From Setoptus koraiensis (Eukaryota; Animalia; Arthropoda), in contig CM106586.1 of NCBI GenBank assembly GCA_048013815.1, positions 12,462,001 to 12,526,000 of the forward strand: a DNA stretch of 64,000 nucleotides. The letters are read 5' to 3'. The position numbers were made by a program, and so were the translations under genes. Under the pieces are notes generated by a model, which worked only from the letters and a program-made list of their open reading frames with translations, was not told the origin of the DNA and did no database searches. This document shows positions 1 through 11,250 of this stretch, one piece after another. Each line of letters opens with the position of its first letter. Position 1 is the stretch's first letter.

Positions 1-4
1 TAGG

Positions 5-1473
5 ATGCTCAGGCTAATAGTTACGCCAATTACAGCAGCCATTTTAGCATATCACATGTTAGTAATATCTTTCAACATTGGCTACGTGAGTAAATCGTTC
101 CGACCTAACATAGCGCCAATAATTAGCCCCGCCCTAGTAGTGAATGGTTGCAATATTTTGGTAAGTTTATCAAATCTCTGAACTATTTTGTTGTGATAAT
201 TTTGTGCCTAACAGTTTATAATAATTCGTTACCGAATGTTATCGGTCACAAATGAATCGTCCCAATCAAGTTGTTTGTACAATTGGCTTTCACTTTGCTC
301 AATTTCATAGACAAGCATCCCTTGGTTGAGACATTTCATGCCAATGCTATATTCAATGTTTCGAGAAAATATCAATATCAGTATTACTGGGTGCATTTGA
401 TTCTAGCGCTTCTTGAAGCATTATCCGATTGGTGCATATCTAGATATATGCTGGTAGATATTTTCGACAATGTTAATCTCGAAGATTCGAGTAATTTCGG
501 AATGAAAATGTCAGAGGGTTTCCAGATGAGAAACAGAAAATTCTATAGCTTCAGAATGTTTCCCCTCGCGTATATAATCTACTTTTTTGCCCATCAAGTA
601 CGATACTATGCCTTCTTCGTGTATTGCTACTCCAGCTATTGTATAGCGCACCATTTGGAGGATATCACCAATCAAGTAGACGATTACCTGATCAAATCGC
701 GCGTGAAAATTGATGCATTGTCTGACATAAAATTTGTGACATTGACGCACAATAATCAAGTCTCACTCATTAAAATAGACAAAGATGATGCGCGAAAGCA
801 TTCGGATCAGCAGCAGCAACAACAACAACAACAAGAGAAACAAGACAATAGCAACGACAAGAATGATAATAAAACTAAATATTATCTCAACTCTATGGAA
901 CAATTGGAACGTCACTTGGAACAAATAGCGCTACTGATCGCAAGCATAGACTCACTGTATACCTGGCGCGCCTACTGCATCTTTAGTTGCTCAATATTAA
1001 TAAAGGCGATTCTCATTTTAGTTGGTTTCAATTACAGAGGCGACATGCCTCATTTTAGTCTTATTTGTTCGCTCATTTGCATAGTGAAAAACACCAGAGA
1101 ATTGATCATGTTCTATCATGGAAGCTCGTTGAAATGGTCAGCAAGCAGACTATCCAATAAGCTCAATCGTATGTTTAACGGAGCAGTTAGTTATGGGCAC
1201 AATAATCAGCATCTCTGTAGCCTATTGAGAATAAAACACAATCTGATGAGCAGATTTGTGTTCACCGCAGACGGAATGCTAAAAATAGAGTTGTCAACAT
1301 TCACCAAAATGTTGATCTATGTGGTCAGTTGGGTGTTCATCGTCCTTCAAATGGGTGAGTATGCAAATAGAAGTGTCGAAATCCATCTAATACCATTGTA
1401 TTATGCAAACAGCAATTTTCACCTATGTCTCTCTCTCTGCTCTTTTGCCAACGTAGACAATGATGTACGATGA
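5..1473 (+). CDS. Gustatory receptor (7tm chemosensory GR family), probably 3 exons: 5-160, 271-1354, 1457-1473
   Basis: Multiple hydrophobic helices and the GR TM7 signature FTADGMLKIELSTFTKMLIYVVSWVFIVLQM. Donor GTAAGT at 161 joins in phase 0 to the AG at 269-270. Donor GTGAGT at 1355 and acceptor CGTAG at 1456 give ...LQMDNDVR*. The 5' end may extend upstream of the window. PolyQ in an internal loop. Confidence 0.75.
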
Positions 1474-3369
1474 TAGAAGCACAATCGACCCTCATAGAAC
1501 TCTCGCGAAATCATTCATTCCATTCGAATAGTGTATAAAGGGATGATTGCTGGAAAATGGCAAGGAACAAAACTGATTAATGTATCGATTGAACCGAAAA
1601 AAAATTATCATCTTGTAGCCACGCGAAGAATATTCAAGAGCTAAAAATCAAATCCACTCAACTGTGACTGAAAAATGATATACGGTGCTAAATGTGAAAG
1701 TAGTTGAATTTACCAGTAGATAACGAGAATAATCACGTCATCGATGGCTTCCACTCTGACTACTGTTAGTTTCAAGAAGACTAGTCTGCTGGTTGTCTTT
1801 ACGAAGAAACACCAAAAATTAGACGGGCTTGCAAGATCTATGCAAGATCTAAGCGTAAATTGAATTCGTTATTCTATTGATAGATTGTTTGCAACCGATA
1901 TAATAGAATGCATTTGCGTGCAGACAGTCACTATGACAGCCAAGCGAATTGTCAGAGGTACGAAAATTCTTACGAAGATCTAGATAATAAATGATTGTTA
2001 AACAACAAGTTAAACTCTATTGACACGCTAATATACTTGGTGTCCCACTTGTTAATGCCCGTGTCTAGAGCTCATTGTTTATAGTTCTTGATAACAGTCG
2101 ATGTATTTGATTTGAATCGAAACTATGGTTACATAATGACAACTGTACAACAACCTTCTGCTCCGATTAGCACCGCTCAACAGAGTTTACAGCTAAAACA
2201 GCGTGAAGGGAACACGTACTAATGATGAACATCTAGATGGCATTTTTCTTTTTGAGAGGTGCCTTTTTTTCATCCAGGTTACAATATACATGCAATATAT
2301 TACACAGTACGAATGAGAAGGAAAAAGGCAGATGTTCTGTATGTGGATGAGAACACAACGAGATTACAGTCGCGAGAATCCGCGAACGAAAAACGAAAAG
2401 TAAGACTTTATTTACTCTTTTAAACAAAATTTTGTAGATTTGGTAAAAAATGCTCCAATGAAGTAATGGCTAGGAAAAGATAAAACATTTAGAATTCATT
2501 CTCGCATAAAGGAAAAATGAACTTTCAACCGTTCCGAGCGCTTTTCTGAGTCTCATTCATGCATTTCTGCACTTCCGGTCACAATTGAAAAGCATAAATA
2601 TGCATTGAATGGATTTATTTATCTTTTTTTTTCTCCTAACACCCCGGATTTGATGTGGACATGACGCAACTTAACCGAAAAGCCCTCCGCCATATCTTTT
2701 ATGAAGATATTGAGGCGCCGGCGTTCTACAAGGATGTCACAAATGATAATTCAAACATTGACGATAGAGAAAAGGAGGGGGTGTGGTGAAATATAGTCAC
2801 ATTAATAGAGTCTCGGTTTGTCTATGGGATGAATCAAGAAGTTGTGTGTAGTAAATGCTAATCGAAGATATTTATACTCCTGTTATCCTAATAATGAACC
2901 TATAAAGTAGTTCAGTAAGGCACATGATAAAGTTACCGGTAAAAAAGATAAGGGTAAAACTAAGACGACCCGCGAGCTTGGCAATGAAGGCGGTTCGCTG
3001 ATAGGCTGTGATTGATGAATGTTGCACATTGAACCTGGTTTATTGCGTATTTGGTTGGGTCACTTTGTGACGAATTTTGGAGGAAAGAATTTAAGATCAT
3101 TCGGAACTATACAAGTTGAAAATCCAATCTTTACATGTTCACATGAGTAGAACTGATACATAAACTCATATATTATAATAGTAATGATAATGTTAGACGC
3201 AATACACATCCAGAGATTAGCATTGTGGGCTACTAAGTAGGGCGTGGGAGTCAAAATAAAACGCGCGTTGCATCAGTAGTGGCTCTTCTTTTTCTATAAT
3301 TAGCTAATATATATATATTCTATCATAAACCATTGCATAAGCTTGGATATCTGGAAAATGCAGATTGCA

Positions 3370-5027
3370 TTAACGTATACTAAATTGTTTCAGAACTGCC
3401 TCCAATTGAGCTATATCTCCAGAAGCGTAAGCAGCAAAAGCACTGTTGAATAGTACCAATTGTTTATGCATCACTTTGAGCTTGTTCTCATCAAGGAACT
3501 TCATTTTTATCTGGACGTCTTCACGTAACTGTTCGTAGCGACAACGAGCAGAATCAAGTTTGTCACTCGTGGCAGATACTGGGGATTGAGAGGTATGTAT
3601 CATACAATTAATGGAATTTCTTTCGGCGTCATACTCCAGTCGGGCTGTTTCGAATGCTCTGACTGTTATGAGTGTATCATCGATTGTTCTGGTGATCAAG
3701 GTAGATAAATTAGAACAAAAGAATCTTAAGGCAAGAATAAGTTTTTCACCATTCTTTGCCGAAATACTCAATGCCATAGCGTTCTTGCGAAAATCATCCC
3801 CAATATTGATTGTAGATGACATTTTGATGTGATTGAGGACTGGGGAAAAATCAGACTTCGCACCAGATTGAGATGTTGCCAACGATGTTGTAGAAGAAGA
3901 CGATGTAAGATTATTTGTTACGGCCATAGCATTCGTGTGACTGTGTTTGCTGGATCTTGCACCATTGCTATTGGAAGTAAATGAACCTCGATTGCTGCTA
4001 CTTCCTGATGAACAATACCTCATTGCCATTTCATTCATTAATTCATAGAGTTGACGCTGAGTTTGCACAAGCTGAGAGTATTGTACGTTCATTTGTTGGG
4101 CAGTTTTTAATATTACAGAATATTTTTGTTGGTTCTCCCTGAGTCTCTCGATATCGGCCTCCAATTGCACATCACTGGTTTTTGAGCATTTTCCTAATCT
4201 CTCATTGACTAGTTGTCTCGTACATTTGAATGTACTGACAGACCATTCTTTGATAGAGTCGATCGGCGATTGAGTGACAGTTCCGGAAGGCATGAGTTTT
4301 GTGACCAAGTTGACTGCATTTGTCACTACTGGAGATTTGCTGTTCAACATTCCATTACTCGTCGAGTGCATTGGTCCAGATAGTGTGGAGCTAGATGAAG
4401 TGATAGTAGTATCACCTGTTCAATATTGATGTTGCATATGATGGTGTGTAAATGATAAATAATATATAGATAATACAAAAATAAATGAAATATGTTATTC
4501 GTAGAGGCACATAGAGATTATAAGTTCATTTGGTCTTAAGGGTTACACCAATCTAGAGACAATCGTCGCGTCCATGCAAATGATATATGATATATGAAAA
4601 ATAGTATCTAGCTTGAGACAGCGACATGAGTGTCACAACGCCGATTACACAATGCACACTAGGAGAGAAATTTGATACTAATTGACGATATTCAAGATAC
4701 AAGAATAGCACTACAAAAAGGATTGTAAGTCGTCTTACCATCATGGGGATCTGGAAATGGTGATTCAGTTATTGTATTTCTGGGCATGGGCAACGAGGTT
4801 GGCCTAGACGAGTTAGATGTCGCAGATGCTGCCGTTGTTGTGGCAGTAATATTTGAGAAACCTGCTTGACTATTGGCCTGATTAGATGCGGAATTGCCAT
4901 CAATGTCGATGTCTAACATTTCATCGCCATCGTAGCTTGCATTCTCGTACGTGTGGAATGGCTTATTTGAAGTTGAAGTGACCGAGGATGAGCCGATTAC
5001 AGCTTGCCGGAAATTGGTTTCGTCCAT
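3370..5027 (-). CDS. ARFIP2: Arfaptin (ARFIP1/2-like BAR-domain protein), 2 exons: 5027-4739, 4415-3370
   Basis: Arfaptin-homology motifs KCTRQLVNERLGK, KNGEKL..ALRFF, ARLEYDA and DVQIKMKFLDENKLKVMHKQL. The GT-AG intron 4738-4416 joins the 111-aa and 333-aa ORFs in frame (PHDG-DTTITSSS...MHST). Confidence 0.9.
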
Positions 5028-5788
5028 TACGTGGATGAGTGAGTGATTCTTATTCTAGGCCAGTTGTTTACTTCTTCATAAATAGGGATACCTTCAGTGA
5101 GTAATACAGTTGTCGATGAGAGGGTAAAGATCGGTCATTTTGAAAATTGTCTGTTTTCAAGGCAAATTTATCCTGTGAGGGATTTTTTTTTGCAACTACA
5201 CACAAAATAGTTTTATACTGTCGCGATGAAAAGCCATTTTTCGTCTTCGAACGTGCAAAACAATCCTTTTGGATCAGATGGAGATTATTTTAGTTACTGG
5301 GTGAGATCTAGAGAAGAGTGCGGATATCCGCGCGGATACGGAACGGTCATATCGTGGGCCGTGTACGGATCGGTTCAGGTACGGGAATAATTGAGCTGGC
5401 ATGAATTAGAGGCAATATTCACGCATATCTTTTTATAGTTGGCATATTTTTAGGAATTGTTTCAAGTTTCGGGGCCTCTTTAATGGTAAACCAGTCGTGA
5501 TTGAGGTGTTTATGAGATAGTATTAACAGGACATCTTACAGCAAAAAGGTGTGAGCGGTGGATCGGACTAAGCGGCTGTGGAAACGCCCACCGCGACGCG
5601 GATTCGTTGCGGACCAACTGTGCTGAGATTCACTCTGTGAAATGTGCAGAGTATAGTAGCACTAGCAGTATTCACTGTGGATACGTAGCCTCCCCGGTTC
5701 AAAACAAATCTTGTTTGCGGTCCCCTAAAAACAAATCAAATTAATTGATTTACAATTGGAAACATATTCTGACCCCTAATCAAAAATC

Positions 5789-6146
5789 ATGGATTCAATT
5801 AGATGGCCGGAGAGATCAGCAGAAGGTAGGCACTTCAAAGATAATTTTTTGTTCTACTGTTATTCTAGCAACAATAATGACCTCTATCTTGATTTTTTTT
5901 CTCCTTGCAGCCAAAAGATTTGGTAGCCTCAAATTTTTCAAATGGCACCTCTATCACAATACTTCGAATTGCCTGCTGGCCGTTCTTTTCACCGTCACTA
6001 TGGGCGAACTGCTCTACAGATATAGGCAAGCTAATCGTTTGGTTCAAGATGGGAGATATCAATTAGGAGTTCTTAAAATGCGTTACACTGTTGTTAGACC
6101 TGATGATCCCATAGTAGAAAAGACCCCCGTTAGATACAGAAATTAA
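5789..6146 (+). CDS. Small single-pass membrane protein, arthropod NDUFA3 (complex I B9)-like, 2 exons: 5789-5825, 5911-6146
   Basis: The 85-nt intron GTAGGC...CTCCTTGCAG gives the ~90-aa product MDSIRWPERSAEAKRFG.... It has one TM helix. The C-terminal KMRYTVVRPDDP resembles the YVVYRHDDP tail I recall for Drosophila ND-B9 (recognition from memory, not searched). Confidence 0.5.
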
Positions 6147-6395
6147 GTCCCTGGAGATAAACAGGAAAATTTTCTGCAGTTACATTATTCTCTTCAGCAA
6201 TTGCAATAACGATGATTATTAGTAGCGACCTATGTAGAGGAGACTATTTTGCACATAATAAACTATGGATGTAACTGCAAATTATTTAAATGATTTTTAC
6301 GTGAATCACGTGGACGATATTTTATTAAGAGTTTCTGTTATCTTCCTGATGGAACACTTTTCGCTCCTCATCTCGCAACTCGGCTTATCTAGATT

Positions 6396-7537
6396 TCACC
6401 AGCTACTTTTAGGAGTGCAACGTTTTTTATAATGATGCAGCAATATATCCAAATCTCTTTTACTCAATTGAACAGGATGGCTCTCGTCTTCAATAACACG
6501 AGCCGGCTCTATCTCATCGACATTCAGATATGCACTTCTATTAGGCTCTAGTGGGCATGTTCCGCCCAAATATTTAGGCACATTTTCCCTCGGTATATAC
6601 TTAAATATTTGCTCTCCGTTTGCAAATCGAAGTCGCTTTCTGTGTTTTTTATAAGTTGGAGATTGGATTGCAACAACAATTAGTGCACAGTAATCAATAA
6701 GGATAGATAGATACATGTATAGATAGATACATGTATATGTGCTCTGTGGTCTTCGTCTATTCTGAAAATTACTCACTTGTTCGTTTTGCTCAGCCAGTTG
6801 ACTGCAAGTTCCGATGCTGCTCTCAACGCTCTGGGCAAATTGACAACTAGAAAATAAGTTAAACCTTTCGGAAAGACATCCCTGAACGTACTGATGCACC
6901 AGTAAATGATTTGAAAATCAACTGATCTGAATCCAGCATCAGTGCAATCCAGAACCCACGTGACCCCGCGTCCGCCATTTTTGGTATCGACATCTGCCGC
7001 AACGCACAATATGTATTTCTTATATAATTCAAACAATTCGGGTACACGCCGATGTTCTTTGGCTCGCATCCAGACTGTTATGTTTCCGGCTATGTCGGGC
7101 TGATAGACAAATTCATTAGCTAACGTGTAGAGTTCCTTAGGAAAATGATGATAGTTTGCTTCGCTCATTTTGTATTGTTTACGGAAAAGGGCGAATTGTT
7201 GTAATAGGTCGCAAGCTCTTCCTGGATTCAATCTGCATCTCAATAAAAATCGTGATACACACCAATCGTCACTTAAAATTAGATCGTAATCGGACTGATA
7301 TATAGAGTTCTTGGCTAACTGTTTGAAACGCTCCTTGAATATCTCTCTTGTCTCCTCGATCAGTTCGGGTGAACAATTTTTGGTATATTTATATGTCGGC
7401 ACCTCAAATAGTTCCTCTGGCAAAAGGTTGATATCTGGATCAAAGTTGCTATTATCCCGACCGGATGGACAATCTTTTGATTGATTCATGGTCTTTATTC
7501 CGATATCGTCCTCAACGACATGAGCTGATGCTGCCAT
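6396..7537 (-). CDS. CRAL-TRIO/SEC14 lipid-binding protein (MOSPD2 N-terminal-like, no MSP domain), 2 exons: 7537-6777, 6639-6396
   Basis: DDWCVSRFL, VLDCTDAG..SVD, FPKGLTYFLVVNLP and IPRENVPKYLGG motifs. The intron 6776-6640 (GTGAGT...CACAG) joins the two ORFs in frame. Confidence 0.88.
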
Positions 7538-8077
7538 TTTTCAACAATTCCGTTTCAACCTTTAAAAAACTTTTTCTCGACAGCTCGTTAAAAATAGCAG
7601 GTACAGCTAAAGCTTTCCGCAGAACAGTTCTGATTGCGTTATACTTGTAAGCAAAAATTGTCAATGACCGTAGTAAGTTTGCTGACTTGATGCTACATAG
7701 TTTCAGAGACAGAGCTGATCTGAGTAAAGCCTTTCTTAGATAAGCTGAATCTCATGCGTTGGTGGATCCATCAAATTTCACATGTGAGATCAGAGAAAAA
7801 TCATGGATAACGTCATAAGTCAGATCGAGTTACAAAACTATCTACGTTGCCGAAAACTCTTGAAACTGACCGATCTTTCAAACCTATCTGGTATCGGTGC
7901 CAACAGATTTCAGGAGTACTCATATACCAATTGACTCATGGTGCTTACTCATTTTCGTACATGGTTTCAACATTACCCAAGAAAATTAAAAATTTGAAAC
8001 ATCATGCCTACAGCGAATGGAAGAGAGCTCGAAGTGATGTAAATATGAGGACGTCAATGGCTTAGACTCTTTATAAT

Positions 8078-8377
8078 TTATAATATTGCGTGCTTCTGGA
8101 GGCGAGATTTCTGATCTTTATTTAGGACCAGGTTACCACAGGTCAGACAATTTCCTGGGCCCTCTTTAGTGCATACTATCCGGCCACAGCCCAAACAATT
8201 GGCCACAAGTTCATGCTCCTGGGCTTCACAATCACAAGACTTTCGATTCTTCACTGATATGATAGCTTCCAATTCCTTGATTGCAGCTTGTTCTTCGCTA
8301 AGAAATTTATTTTTATTCTTCTTCGTCTTGTGGACCTTTCCCTCAGTTATGGGCAACGGATGTGGAACGATTGACAT
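8078..8377 (-). CDS. TRIP4: 99-aa protein consisting mainly of the TRIP4/ASC-1 C2HC5 zinc finger
   Basis: CDCEAQEHELVANCLGCGRIVCTKEGPGNCLTCG matches the zf-C2HC5 of ASC-1/Rqt4. No ASCH domain was seen downstream in any frame. Confidence 0.75.
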   Translation of the reverse strand: MSIVPHPLPITEGKVHKTKKNKNKFLSEEQAAIKELEAIISVKNRKSCDCEAQEHELVANCLGCGRIVCTKEGPGNCLTCGNLVLNKDQKSRLQKHAIL

Positions 8378-9057
8378 GGTGATTATATCGGTTGCTTCCT
8401 CAGGAAACGACAGAATGAGATGTTGAATGCCAGAACAAACGTTGCGTGTCGCTAAATATCGTTCATCGTGGCTTTTCTCTCATGTTCACCAATAATTATT
8501 TTCACTTTTTCTATGCGCCAAATTCGATTTCACGCGGTCCCTGTTACGCTCTAATTCTTGCAAAGCTTTGCCCGAGTTGAGCAGTTGAGCAGACGAGCGA
8601 ACACGGATTTGATGATGTTTTTACGCCAAAAAATACATGGTCATGGACAGACACAGACTGACAACTGTGAATACAATTTAGTGAATCGGTTTTTGGGCCG
8701 GCTGGACATTCACAGTGATAACAGCATGTCGGTTATTAGTCAGACGGCTCTGGCTGCCTCTGGATACATATCGAGATTCTCCACCAACTGCCTCGAAGTG
8801 TAGTAGATGAGCGAATTTGGCGAGCTAGCTGGTGAGAAAAGCTTCCAAAAAGGAACAGAAACGAGAAAAGTCCCCTTTAAGTGCGTTCGCTTCTACAAGA
8901 TAGACAAAAACAATGGGACCAATTGACGACAACTGAGGCCACTTTTGCACGCACACATTCCTCTCTGTGATTTGTGATACTCTCAATCAACTAGATACCT
9001 CTGGACGATGACATGAAAGTTGATTGTCGGGCAATTTATCGAAACAAACTGTCCGGT

Positions 9058-9063
9058 TTTATT
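9058..9063 (-). terminator. Polyadenylation signal AATAAA of the YAP-like gene
   Basis: AATAAA on the minus strand, 7 nt after the TGA stop at 9071-9073. Confidence 0.6.
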
Positions 9064-9070
9064 CACATGA

Positions 9071-10009
9071 TCACAAAAATTCTTCAATTTCTTCGGGTGC
9101 CAGATTTGGCAAGATATCGCCACCGGCGGTGGCTGGGTTGACCGCTTGATCGGCCGCCGGTAGGGCCGCACAAGCTTGACTGACCGGCGCATTCGAGCTC
9201 CCACAGCAATACGCCGGCTGGCGCTGGCCGGCGAAGCTCACCAAATGCGACATCACCGTTGCCGGTGATGTAATTGCTGCAACTGGCTGATGCAACATCG
9301 AACAGCGTCTGTGTGTATTGTTTGCCTGCAATAGTGACGATAGCCAAGTGTCTTGGCGATTGCACAAATTGGCTGCTGCCACCTGTTTGTTTTGATCCGC
9401 TGCCATCTGATGATGACACTCGTCAAACATTAGGTCAGACTCCAATTGGTATTGGTGCTTGCCATGCTGATGATCCAAGCGTCTCGGCGTGTCATTGTTG
9501 TAATTGTGCAAGCTATTGCTTAGTTGGTGACAACAACAATCCAGGTGAGCCGGGCCACCGTTGCTGGCCGATACTGTTGCTCGCTTCATGTCATGCTCAC
9601 TTTTTGTTGTCATTGTTGTTGTCGTGACTAGAGTATTGTTACTCTTTGGATAATTATAATTGTTTTGTTTATTGTTGTTTATTTCACTAAACGAATACTG
9701 ATTTATTGACGACAGAGAATCACAGCTGCCCATAGGCAATCTCAGCAGCGTCGTGTTACCTGTGGCGCCCCCGCCAATCAACATACACTTCGGCGCGGTG
9801 CTTGTGGGTTGCGGTTCGAAGAACGACCTCGGCAACTGACGTTGCCGCATTGGCAAGCTAGCTCGCCGTACCGTTCCGCTCGCTCCGGGCGTCAAGATGA
9901 AAAAAAGTTCCTCTAGGTCCCTCATGGCGCCTCTGTTGGCCTGCTGTTGCGGCTGTTGTTGTTGTGGCTGGTCGTTGTTGTCGATGTTGACACAATTACT
10001 TTGTTGCAT
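9071..10009 (-). CDS. YAP/Yorkie-type TEAD(Scalloped)-binding-domain protein lacking WW domains, single exon
   Basis: RGAMRDLEELFFILTP...LPMRQRQLPRSFFEPQP aligns to the YAP alpha-helix (DLEALF) and omega-loop (PMRLRKLPDSFFKPP). The remainder is low-complexity Q/N/T/H-rich sequence with no WW domain. Confidence 0.75.
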   Translation of the reverse strand: MQQSNCVNIDNNDQPQQQQPQQQANRGAMRDLEELFFILTPGASGTVRRASLPMRQRQLPRSFFEPQPTSTAPKCMLIGGGATGNTTLLRLPMGSCDSLSSINQYSFSEINNNKQNNYNYPKSNNTLVTTTTMTTKSEHDMKRATVSASNGGPAHLDCCCHQLSNSLHNYNNDTPRRLDHQHGKHQYQLESDLMFDECHHQMAADQNKQVAAANLCNRQDTWLSSLLQANNTHRRCSMLHQPVAAITSPATVMSHLVSFAGQRQPAYCCGSSNAPVSQACAALPAADQAVNPATAGGDILPNLAPEEIEEFL

Positions 10010-10830
10010 TGTTTGCAGATATCACATGCACAATCTAACACAACTGACAGTCGACAATTGCCGCTACCCAGCAACAACAACAACAACTACTACTACATCT
10101 ACAAACGATCAACACTGTCTGTTGTGTGTTTATCTGCAACAACCGGCTGTCATTTCGCCAACAACTACTATACACTGCTGCCTCCACTCTTTTACTCCTG
10201 CAGCTAAATTTTACTGGTCGTGGTGCCATATGCTCCTGATGTATATATATTTATATATTTAGCTGTAAGTGGTTGCTAGTAACACAATTTCCACAACACG
10301 AAATAGTAAAACTAAATACAAAAATCACCTTCACACAGCTACCTCGATGACGACTAAACTTTACGATGGTACTGGTGTTGCGTTTCAGACAGTGTCAGTC
10401 ATTGTCATTGCCACTGTTACTATGCCCTAGCAAACAATATTCAATTCGTCAAGTATGGATGAGATACCAGGATACTCTGCTCTTTCAGTGAGTGCAGACG
10501 CTGATAATATTTACCAATTTTGGGAGAGCTTTACTCAAAAGAATTCCTGCTATCTACAATACTAAAATGAATACAGAATAAAAATCTTGATCTATAATAT
10601 TATTCTCAAAATCAAAGTTTTTCGGTCTCAAAGATCACGACAGCCAGATCTCACAAAATTCCGAGCTCTAGTGGTGATATACAAATAGTGATGAAAGAAT
10701 TTTAAAATGTTTTATATCTGAAATGGGCGAAAACTCGAGCCACACAAATTAACCATTTATCATAACCATTCATCACACATTTTTCATTATTTTGGGCGGC
10801 CTTTGTGATTTGCAGAAAATAAATATTATA

Positions 10831-11250
10831 TTATTCATTATCCGCGTATTCATCAGTGCAATGACAAATGGCTGGTTTTGAATGAGGATTCCCCAGTCTG
10901 AAACGTTGCACTATTGACTCCATATTAACATACACACCCCTGGTGTATTCGTTTTCTTTGCAACATTTATCGCATTCAACCTGTTTCTTGAACTTGTCCG
11001 GAAAATTGTTAGCGGGTTCTTCCTGTTCTTCGACTCTCGCATCATTGCTTGAATCGCCATCAGCTAGCTCCGCTTCGTCATGCACTGAACTATCCAGCAC
11101 TGAATGCTCGCAAATAGTATAGTCTAAGGCCAATTTTAGACCGATGCCTTCAGCTGCATTGGTATCGTCCAGTGACATAGTAATAATGGCAACAAGTGAC
11201 AAACAAGTGATCACAAACAAGTATTGTGAAGAAAATTTCGGATAAATCAT
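10831..11250 (-). CDS. Orphan secreted cysteine-rich protein (139 aa)
   Basis: ATG-initiated with a hydrophobic signal peptide (YLFVITCLSLVAIITMS), an acidic spacer, and six Cys in the mature region (C ... CxxCC ... CxC). Confidence 0.65.
   Translation of the reverse strand: MIYPKFSSQYLFVITCLSLVAIITMSLDDTNAAEGIGLKLALDYTICEHSVLDSSVHDEAELADGDSSNDARVEEQEEPANNFPDKFKKQVECDKCCKENEYTRGVYVNMESIVQRFRLGNPHSKPAICHCTDEYADNE

Noticed and set aside
5310-5345. 12-bp palindrome GCGGATATCCGC in a CpG-rich patch between arfaptin and the NDUFA3-like gene
   Set aside because: No matching terminal repeat or TSD was found to define a mobile element; it is compatible with ordinary bidirectional promoter sequence.
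7738-7765. 14-nt match (CATGAGATTCAGCT) to insect miR-998 as I recall it
   Set aside because: The seed region does not match and no precursor hairpin is evident.
7720-8065. Long plus-strand frame with one internal stop; similar stretches at ~2640-3240 (+) and ~11700-12300 (-)
   Set aside because: No recognisable homology, and such stop-poor stretches are expected occasionally across six frames of 64 kb.
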